Below are positions 54,120 to 64,000 of a DNA stretch of 64,000 nt, piece after piece. The notes under the pieces were generated by a model. The model had not been told where the DNA came from. It saw nothing but the letters and a program-made list of their open reading frames with translations, and searched no databases. Origin of the DNA: Octopus sinensis (Eukaryota); contig NC_043007.1 of assembly GCF_006345805.1 (NCBI RefSeq), positions 26,660,001 to 26,724,000 of the forward strand, written 5' to 3'. Made by a program: the position numbers and the translations under genes. Numbering within the stretch: the stretch's first letter is position 1; the number at the start of each line of letters is the position of its first letter.

Positions 54120-55000
54120 TTGGCACAAGGCCAGCAACTTCGGGTGAAGGAAATAAATTAATTACATCGACCCCAGTGCTCGAATGGTGGTACTTATTTT
54201 ATCGACCTAGATAGAATGAAAGGCAAAGTCAACCTCGGCGTAATTTGAACTCAGAGTGTAAAGACGGACAAAATACAGCTCGGTATTTTGCCTGACGTGT
54301 CAATGACTCATACAGCTTGCCGCCTTTTTTCACTGTCTGAAATAAAGAAAACCTTGGTTGATGGACTACCTGGCAACAGGCAGAGCACCTTTGATCACAG
54401 ATCAGCTCAAGTAGGGTATTTCAATCTAGCATTTATTTTATAGATCTCTGCTTGATAAATTTTGAGACGTAGTGGACAGAATACTCGGTTTAACAAAAAA
54501 ATGTAAGCACATATACACACACACATTAGGTGCAAAAATGATTATGTGGTTGAGAAGTTTGCGACGGGCTTCTTTTAGTTTCCGTCTACCAAATCCAATC
54601 ACAAGTCTTTGGTCGGCCTGAGGCTATAGTAGAAGACACTCGCCCAAGGTATCACGAAGTGGGACTGAACCCGAAACTTATATAATACTTCTTACTACTA
54701 ATGGTACAAGACCTGGAATTTTGGAAGAGTGTGCTAGTCGATTGCATCAACCTCAGTACACAACTTGTACTTAATTTATCGACCCCAAAAGGATGAAAAG
54801 CAAAGTCGACCTCGGCGGAATTTGAACTCAGAATGTGCTTACGATTCTCAGAATGTTCTTACGATTCTGCCAGCTACAAGGGCAAGGTTTGAAATTTTGT
54901 GGGAAAAGGCAGAGTTGACCTCGGTGGAATTTGAACTCTGAATACACAGCCAGCAGAAATGTCATTAAGCGTATGCCCGGCCTGCTAACAACTGTACCAG
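54120..55000 (-). mobile_element. Cluster of older SINE-B-related copies plus a SINE-C head
   Basis: Several diverged GAAAGGCAAAGTCGACCTCGGCGGAATTTGAACTCAG modules. Similar diverged copies lie near 3720, 5675, 9600-9900, 10180, 17650-18000, 25450-26160 and 59860. Confidence 0.75.
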
Positions 55001-55355
55001 GTCAATCCTTTGCTCTCTGTTCTAGTATAGAAGAATTTCATCATACCAGTAACATCAACAACAATAAAAACAACAAACAATAACTACAAAAATAACAACA
55101 ACAACAGCAACAACAACAATAGCAGCAATAATATATTTTAACTTTGTTCTTCTCTCCAATTTAAAACTAGAATATAAATAACAAGGATCTGATGTTTTGC
55201 TGAAAATAACAGGAAAAAAGAAAACGAGAGAAGAATCAGGTGACATAGAAAGAAAGAGAAGAAGAAAAAATGACAGGGAGAGTGAGTGAGAAGGTGAATG
55301 TATGAGGGAGGGAGGGAGGGAGTGGGAGTGGAGAAAGAGAGAGATAGAGATAGAG

Positions 55356-55392
<37 letters not shown>

Positions 55393-55919
55393 TGGAGAAT
55401 GAGTGAATGAATGTAGGAATTTAAGAAGAGGGAAAAAAAGAGGGAGAGAGAGAGAGAGAGAGAGAGAGCCAGATGGACAGAATGGCAGACAGACAGACAG
55501 ACAGGCAGGCAGGCAGACAGATGTAGAGAGGCAGACTAGTTGTCAGACAGACAGACAGACTGAAAGAAGAAGACCGAGAGACTGTCTCCACTATCGGTAA
55601 TATTAATGACGCCATTGTTCCCGAAATGTGTCCTTACCGGAAATCTACAAGAAATGTGGAAGACAAGTACTTCCGGTGAAAATGTAAAGGTTTCCTATAC
55701 TTGAGATGATCTTTTGCATGCCTGATATTGTGTAGTTGGAAATAGTGTGGTGGTGGTTGTTGTTGTTGCTTTGGTGGTAGTACTGATGATGATGGTGGTG
55801 GTGGTGGTGGTGGTGGAGATGGTGGTGGTGGTGGTGTGAGTATGTTGTGCGTACAGATGTGTAAGTATGCTTGATGATTGTATGTAAATGTGCACGTGTG
55901 AATATGAACGTATGCAAGT

Positions 55920-55956
<37 letters not shown>

Positions 55957-56090
55957 GGTGTATGTGTCATAGTGTGACTTTGAGTCTGCACGTGCGTGTG
56001 TGGGATTGGGGGGTGGCGGGGGTTAGTACATATAAGAAGGGATTGTGCGTGACTGAATAACTGAATATTTTGTAGTGCCATTATATATAT

Positions 56091-56142
<52 letters not shown>

Positions 56143-56838
56143 TATATATATAAGAGAAAAAATATATATATTATATAGAGAAATATATATATATATATAT
56201 AGAGAAAAAATATATATATATATATATATATATTTGTGCGTGTGTGTGTGTGTGGTGTGTGTGTGTCAGTGTATGTATACATATATATACATACTTACAC
56301 ACCCACACACATACATACGCACATATATGTATCTATGCACGTTTGCATATACGTACGCATGTATATAAAGACAATATAAAGACAATATAGTACATAGGTC
56401 TATATATATATTTTCGTATACACACTATACATACGTAAGCATGTATATGCATATATGTGCGTGTGTGTGTATGAATATGTGTATATAAGTATATAAAAAT
56501 GTGTATGTATATATATATATATGCACACACACATATATACACCTTCGGGCGGATGCTTTCTGTAGTTATCAGTGTATTTTGGGGATTGAAATAAGAGTTT
56601 TGACTGTTATTTCCAGCAGGTACACATCCTTAGTATGTCCTTTGATTAATTTTATTCCTGCAGCTATTTAATGCTATTGGGTGGCCTGCAATCGCCTATA
56701 TTATTGATTCTGTTATTATCACTTTTAATTGTTACACTAGATAATAACAGAATTAATGATATCTTCACAAATTATTTTTTCGTGAATTGTTTTCTCTCTC
56801 TGAATTGTTTGCTTCGTACTGATATATATATATATATA

Positions 56839-57230
56839 ATAGCAGTATCGCCCGGCGTTGCTCGGGTTTGTAAGGGAAATAACTATATAAGCATTTTTAG
56901 AGAGTTATAGCCAAAAAAATATTTAAAAAATGCATTAAAAATGGAAAAAAAATTATGGTAATTTTTTTTTAAATCGTTGACTCATCGTAGACATTTTTAG
57001 AGAGTTACTTCCCTTATATAATAGCGAACAAAATGCATTAAAATGGAAAAAAATGATGGTAAATTATTTTTAAAATTGTAGACTCATCGTAGACGCGCGT
57101 TAATACCCAGAAGGGCTCGATATGAATCACGACTATCAGATACCCGGTTTTGGTTACACTGCACCGCAAAATGTGGGAGTAGTTAGGAATCTAAATCGTA
57201 GGAGACAGGCACACAACTTCACTTTTATAT
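56839..57230 (-). mobile_element. Non-autonomous Helitron, same family as 58234
   Basis: Near-identical reverse complement of 58234-58629, including the hairpin; terminus reads CTAT. Confidence 0.82.
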
Positions 57231-57378
57231 ATATATATATATTTTATTTAAAGCAGCGGAAAATACAACAAAACCAGTTACAGGTTGAATTTTCCGCTGC
57301 TTTAAATAAAGCATATTACTCTACCACTGGTATTTGAGTACTCTTTTTCCACCTTGTTTCACATTTACGTGTTTACTC

Positions 57379-57445
<67 letters not shown>

Positions 57446-57499
57446 CATGTATGTTTGTATGTATGTATATATGTATGTATATATATTTGTGTGTGTGTG

Positions 57500-57745
57500 T
57501 GGAGGCGCGTGGCTTTGTGGTTAGGGTGTCAGTATCAAGATCATAAGATTGTGGTTTCGATTCCCGGACCGGGCGACGCGTTGTGTTCTTGAGCAAATCA
57601 CTTCATTTCACGTTGCTCCAGTCCACTCAGCTGGCAAAAATGAGTAACGCTGCGATGGATTGGCGTCCCCTCCAGCTGGGGGACACATACGCCATAGAAA
57701 CCGGGAAACCGGGCCCACGAGCCTAACTAGGCTTTAAAAGGGCGC
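57500..57745 (+). mobile_element. SINE-D head with a third tail type
   Basis: GGAGGCGCGTGGCTTTGTGGTTAGGG...TTTCGATTCCCGG...TTGCTCCAGTCCACTCAGCTGGCAAAAATGAGT, followed by a different tail. Confidence 0.75.
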
Positions 57746-58233
57746 TTTTATTATATAAGCACTATTAGTATAAAATAGCAATCTGTGAATCATACTGTGA
57801 ATCATCTTTTGAATCTGCGTCAAGTATGACTTGACTATGACGTCAAGTCATACTTGACGCAGATTCAAAAGATAGATAGATAGAAACACAAGGATGTAGA
57901 CAGATAGACAGACAGACAGATTGATTGATTGATTGATTGATAGTTCCACGATACGCTATGTAAATGCGAAATCATGAAGGAAAGTCGGGAGTTATTTTTT
58001 AAAAAGGTTCTTTGCTAATGATTTCTCATTTAGTCACATCGCCAAACTTTTCTAGAGGGAAGCGGTAAGCCAGTTGATTTGAACCCAGTATTCATTTGGT
58101 ACTTCCCTTTATTTGTTCTGAAGGGACTAAAGGCAAAATTACCCTCAGTGGGAGAACCGGAAGGAAGAATGGAAGGGTCTTTTTTCAACATTCAAACGAT
58201 TTTACCTACCCGCTGCCTTAAGGGTATTGTTAA

Positions 58234-58629
58234 TCTTTATATATAAAAGAGAGGTTGTGTGTCTGTCTCCTACGATTTAGATTCCTAACTACTCCCACAT
58301 TTTGCGGTGCAGTTTAACCAAAACCGGGTATCTTATAGTCGTGATTCATATCGAGCCCTTCTGGGTATTAGCGCGCGACTACGATGAGTCTACGATTAAA
58401 AAAAAAATTACCATAATTTTTTCCATTTTAATGCATTTTTTCGCTATTATATAAGGGAAGTAACTCTCTAAAAATGTCTACGATGAGTCAACGATTTAAA
58501 AAAAAAATTACCATAATTTTTTTTCCATTTTTAATGCATTTTTTTGCTATTTTTTGGCTATAACTCTCTAAAAATGCTTATATAGTTATTTCCCTTATAA
58601 ATCCGAGCAACGCCGGGCGATACTGCTAG
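58234..58629 (+). mobile_element. Non-autonomous Helitron
   Basis: Starts A|TC, ends CTAG|T, has the subterminal hairpin CCGAGCAACGCCGGG, and no TSD. Confidence 0.85.
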
Positions 58630-58744
58630 TTTAAAATAAAAATAAAACAGGGTTAACATTTAAATGGTTAAATATTTAAATGATTAATTATACAAAAATA
58701 TGATTTAAAAATATAATTATCATGTGCGTAATTGTTTGTTTGAT

Positions 58745-58778
<34 letters not shown>

Positions 58779-59314
58779 TGTGTGTGTGTGTGTTTGCTCC
58801 GATATAAGAACCGTTGTTATTTACGTTTTGCTGATGTGCATCTTGTCTCTAGTGGTTCGACAAAGAGAAATCAATAAAGTAAGTACCGGACATAAACAGG
58901 TAGAGCGTTCGATATGACAGACTGTAATCTACGACGCCCATGTCCCCCCTCCATATCACCAGTCCAATAACTGAAACCACTAAAACGGTAAGTCACGTGT
59001 CACTTGTTTTAAATGGCCTTTGTATGAAGTGTCTGTATTATTGACTGTCATTTACTCTTGAAGATATTAAAACCATTGTTCTTTGTTTTTCGATAGTTGA
59101 AAATCAACGACACAATAACTATTAGGTTTCGTTTCCTTATCTTCTTTATTCAGTATAGCTAACCGTCTGGTAAAATCAATAATTTTTCGGTTGCGTAATT
59201 TTTCTTTCAGATCAGAGTAAAGTTTTTCGCAGATCGTTTTGCTTTATTTTTGTTCTTTTTTTTTTTTTTATTCATATCCGTCGAGGCCTCGGATTCATAA
59301 GGACGGTTACCCGG

Positions 59315-59724
59315 CGAGCTGGCAGAATCGTTAGCACGTCGGGCGAAATGCTGAATGGTATTTCGTCTGCCACTACGTTCTGAGTTCAAATTCCGCCGAG
59401 GGCGACTTTGCCTTTCATCCTTTCGGGGTCGATTAAATAAGTACCAGGTACGCACTGGGGTCGATATAATCGACTTAATCTGTTTGTCTGTCATTGTTTG
59501 TCCCCTCTGTGTTTAGCCCCTTGTGGGTAATAAAGAAATAGGTATTTCGTCTGCCACTACGTTCTGAGTTCAAATTCCGCCGAGGTCGACTTTGCCTTTC
59601 ATCCTTTCGGGGTCGATTAAATAAGTACCAGGTACGCACTGGGGTCGATATAATCGACTTAATCTGTTTGTCTGTCATTGTTTGTCCCCTCTATGTTTAG
59701 CCCCTTGTGGGTAGTAAAGAAATA
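59315..59724 (+). mobile_element. SINE-B dimer inserted as one unit
   Basis: Head plus two tail-bearing units joined at AAAGAAATA|GGTATTTCGTCTGCC (59541). TSD GGTTACCCGG (59305-59314, 59725-59734). Confidence 0.92.
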
Positions 59725-60037
59725 GGTTACCCGGTTTACATAGCATATAAGTAACTGAGATCATAGCATTTCTTTTGAACATAAGGTCGGTCCGTTAGAG
59801 GATTCAAAGCCTGCGATTTGAAGGCGAGATGAGGTAGGGTGGGAGGTAGGTTGATCAGATCAACCCCAGTACTTGTTGGGTGCTTTATTTTATTGAACAA
59901 GAAGGGATGAATACAAAGTTGACCTCAGCGGGATTGGAACTCAGGACGTATAGAGCCGGGAGAAATACCTCTATTCATTTTCTCCAAAGTGTTAACGGTT
60001 CTGCCAGCTCACCGACTAGTATGTTACTTGTCGCAAT

Positions 60038-60392
60038 GGATCTTTTCACTTTGACCGGCAGATTTTAAAAATAATTTCTTTGTAACTAAACACTTTTAAA
60101 CTTCGTATACTAATAGTGTGTTACATAAAACATCTTTTCTCTTGACTTTCTTGAGAAAATTCTGTAGTTTGTAAGCTATTTGTTGTTTAATTTGGTGCAT
60201 TTCCGCAATTTCAACCAATCAATGACCTCTATTGAGGTGAATACAATATCCGCCGTATTTTGTCAACAACAAAGCCAAGAAAGCCAAGAGAAAAAGATGT
60301 TTTATGTAACACACAACCAGTATACGAAGTTTAAAAGGGCTTAGTTACAAAGAAATTATTTTAAAAATCTGCCGGTGAAAGGGAAAAGATCC
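60038..60392. mobile_element. MITE-like element with ~115-bp imperfect TIRs
   Basis: GGATCTTTTCACTTTGACCGGCAGATTTTAAAAATAATTTC... is mirrored at the right end. Confidence 0.75.
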
Positions 60393-60799
60393 GTCGTAAT
60401 TGCATTCTATACTAGTATCATTACAAATCAAATAATTTACCAGAATTCTTGCAAATTATACTACATATTTTAGGATTTTTGCAAGATTCAGTGAGTCTGG
60501 ATCTTTGACATGACACTCATTTTCGCCATTTCGAAATATTGGGACCTTGTCAACTAAATCTTCTTCATTCAATCCCTTTCCGAAAACAATCCTAGATTTT
60601 TTTTTCTGTATTATTCTATCGTTCACCTTTTATAGAACGAGCGATATTAATTATATCTGCATTTAGATTCCTTGTTCCGCCATCACTACCATTCGGAGAT
60701 ACTCCTGGCAAAATAGCGGTATAACTTGCATTGACAGGTCGTTAAATTGTTTTCCTTTTTAAATTTCACATAATTCTTTTATCATTTCTTTCACAGAAT

Positions 60800-61260
60800 G
60801 CAGAATATTAATTTTTTCTTTTTCCAGACCTGTGAAACAGAAACTGGTTTTCACCCAAATCATCCAGTATTTTTTTTTTATAAGAATGTTTAACAGAATT
60901 TGTCTTGAAGTTACAATTTATATCTTGGTCCAATAATTAGATAAGTGGCCTGGCATTGGATCGTAATACCGTAACTTTAACGTATGATTGTTCTAAATTA
61001 CATGGATGCGATGGAAAGTTATCAATTACTAATAAAATACTGTAGTCGATGTTATTTTCTTTAATAATAAATGTCAGCTTCAGGAAAGAATTTCTGATAA
61101 AACTAGTGTTCGAATATTGTAGCAGTCTTCCATGATTGATTTTAATTTGCACCACCAGTAAGCTATAGCGCTTTTTATTCAATCTATTCATTCCACATGG
61201 ATTGTGAGCCCTATTAATTAATAATGGCTTCATGAAACAGCTACCAAATGAATTGTAGCA
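60800..61260 (-). mobile_element. Tigger/pogo-type DDE transposase remnant
   Basis: CYNSFG...KPLLI...NP...LLVIDNFPSHP...VTVLRSNARPLI*LLDQD matches the pogo DDE_1 pattern (LLILDNAPGHP...NTTSLIQPLDQ). Confidence 0.7.
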
Positions 61261-61280
61261 TAATAATAATAATAATATAA

Positions 61281-61932
61281 TAATAATTAATTCTTTTATT
61301 GACCACAAGGGCTGACAAAAATTAGTTTAAAAGATAAAGGGACAAAACAGGATGAAAGGTTACAAAGGGTTTTGTCCGTTTGTAAAAAAACCGTGTAAAA
61401 ACAGTGTAACAACGAAAAACTCCCAATAGGGGGAGGCGTAACGAAAGGTTCCTGGTGGAAAAGCCCATAAAAGCTACGGGAGCCTGGTCAAAAGGGGTGG
61501 GGGAGTAGAGAGCTCCTTTCTCCTTTTGTAATACGTTTTTTTTACAGGTGTATCCTCAGAATGGCTCCTTTCAAACTGGCCATTCTTGCGACATTTATCC
61601 ACCTTTCACTAAACTTGCTATCGGACAGCACTTCCCTCTCTACTCTCATCTTCCTTTTCAAGTGAGACTTGAAAAAGTTGATGAGGCCTGGGCCAAAGAG
61701 GAAAGTGACTGACCGTAGCCCTTTCAAACGGGTCCACCATACAACCTCTTTCGCCACAGCCACTAGGCACAGGAAAACTGCGTTGCCCTCCCGGTTAAAG
61801 GAGGTCGGCAGGGCAATTTTCACTATGGATTCAACGGACAAAACCCTTTGTAACCTTTCGTCCTGTTTTGTCCCTTTATCTTTTAAACTAATTTTTGTCA
61901 GCCCTTGTGGCCAATAAAAGAATTAATTATTA
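61281..61932 (-). mobile_element. 3' fragment of a second Tx1-type LINE family, with an inverted second copy of its 3' end
   Basis: ORF 61542-61841 aligns with the ORF2 C-terminus at 40978-41286 (SVESIVKI/STESIIKI, AVAKEVVW/AIAKEAVW, HLKRKM/HLKRKL, SERW/QKRW). 61281-61380 and 61833-61932 are inverted repeats with 2 mismatches. Confidence 0.9.
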
Positions 61933-61941
61933 TTATTATTA

Positions 61942-62080
<139 letters not shown>

Positions 62081-62094
62081 CATTATTATTATTA

Positions 62095-62140
<46 letters not shown>

Positions 62141-62773
62141 GCCAGATCTGTCCTATACGCGACAGTAGCTGTTCGACATAAACCCATAGTTCAGCAATAC
62201 TCGGACACTGGACGAGTGCATGCAGAACGGTTTCGTCGTCCTAGCAGCACCTCGGGCAGGTCCGGCTGACGGCACTTCCGTGCCGGTAGAGTTTATCTCG
62301 AATAATAGCGTGATTTGTTCTTTAGAGGCTTTGAAGCTGTTATTATTATTTTTTTTTTTTGCTGTTATTGACGTAAAATATCCCTTTAATGTTTTCTTCT
62401 AGAATGGAACGATTCCATCAACATTAAATATGTTTTGTTTTTTTAAAGGAAAGGGATTCTTCTTCAATTATATTTACTAATTGTAATAGAAATTATTCGA
62501 CAATAAGTTCATGACATAATTTCTTATTCCTATGCAATTTCAATTTCTTGTGGGTGGGGAGTGTGTGTGTGGGTGTGGGGGGAGAGTGCGTTGGCGCCCA
62601 TGTCTGTGCGCGCGCATACGCGGGTGTGTTTGTACGTGTCTGTGTTTGCATGTATGTATGCATGTATGTACGTAGGTACGCATGTATGTATGTATGTTTG
62701 TTTGTTTGTTTGTTTGTATGTATATATGTATGTATGTTTGCATTTGTAATTTTGTCTTAACGTACTTAAAGTA

Positions 62774-63954
62774 TTGAAGCTGAAAAAGCTGCTTAGAAAT
62801 AATTATTTAGTGCGGAAAACTACGTTCTCTGATATGCGAGCAGCTGAGTCTCAGGAAGCACGTTCCATACGTCATCTTCGAAACAGACGTAGAACTGCAG
62901 CAACCAGAGCAGCTGAGTCTCAGAAAGCACGTTCAACGCGTTTACTACGAAACAGACGTACAACTTTAGCAACCCGATCTGCTGAGTTTCAGGAAGACAG
63001 TTCGGCACGCCTTACATTGAACCGACGTAGAACTGCAACAAGCCAAGCAGCTGAGATTCACAAAAAGCGTGCCCACCACCTCTTACAAGCATCCAATAAG
63101 CAAGCATTTATTACGAAAATTCGCAGTATAGACAGTGTTACTATAACGAGTACAAGTGTCCAACATATAATGCCTGCCACCCCCACCCATGTACCAATGG
63201 AAGGTGCATCTTGCGAAGAGAAATCGGCTCTTAGATATGATCCTAATTTAGATTACAGTGAAGAACCTGCTGTAAGAGTAGGCGGGCTATCGCATCTGTG
63301 CAGGTTCTGTGGAGTAAAGAAGTTTATGTGTGAAAGTCCTGGAATGTGTTGCTCTGGAGGCATGATTCAGATTCCTGTTTTACAATCTCTTCCACAGCCA
63401 TTATTTGACTTGCTTGATGCGTATACTGCAGAATCAACGATTCAAGGGCAGGTGAACCACTTGATAGGGTTGCTCCTAACATCCAGCGATGGTAGAGTTT
63501 CTGCAAATATACTTTATGTGGAACAACCAGTAGCATTTAAGGAGACGCTGTCAGATAATAACAACCTTGCATAAGGACGTCATTTCTGTTCTGCGAACCA
63601 TGTTTTTGGCCTACAATAATCTGATTCGACAACTCAGAGTTACAACAGAATGGAAACAAATTTCAAATGACTTCACACAAGCCACAAGAGCCGACAAAAA
63701 ATCCGTTGGACTGCTCTCAGGTTGAGACAATGCCTTTGCAGGAGATTTCCGTCAAATATTACCAGTTATATCACGGGGTACGTGAGCTGACGAGATCTAT
63801 GTGTGTCTGAAGTCTTCATGACCGAAAAGCATGTTTATTAAGAAGAGTTGTTTGCTTCACCCTCCTCGTGTGCCGATTCTACCCATAAGAAAGAAAGAAA
63901 TAATACAATGTGACTGTAGGTTATAAAACCTAGGCAACGCCGGGATGCATTGCT

Positions 63955-63956
<2 letters not shown>
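62774..63956 (+). mobile_element. Internally deleted Helitron (RepHel remnant)
   Basis: N-terminal R/A/E-rich repeats, then CRFCGVKKFMCESPGMCCSGG and IQGQVNHLIG. Then a Pif1-type helicase motif FAGDFRQILPVISRGT*ADEIYVCLKSS (63735-63818). Ends in a hairpin GCAACGCCGGG plus CTGG|T. Confidence 0.85.

Positions 63957-64000
<44 letters not shown>

Overview
Repeat-saturated, AT-rich animal genomic DNA with no convincing host exon. The SINE types and microsatellite load suggest a cephalopod such as Octopus (inference). It contains dense microsatellites, at least four tRNA-derived SINE families (labelled A-D here), mariner and Tigger remnants, Helitrons, a CR1-like LINE end, Penelope-type fold-back remnants with hammerhead-like motifs, and one full-length but mutated Tx1/L1-type LINE (40730-46064, minus). 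The strongest lead is a possible self-targeting LINE-SINE system. The LINE sits inside a SINE-B copy with a 16-bp TSD, shares its last 34 nt with the SINE-B tail (31/34), and the same 16-bp site is the junction of two SINE-B dimers elsewhere in the window. Other leads: a LINE remnant with two inverted 3' ends, minimal hammerheads with a compensatory U3-A8 core pair, a CR1/SINE-C shared tail hairpin with compensatory changes, and two local templated insertions. Almost all ORFs in the supplied track are microsatellite artefacts.
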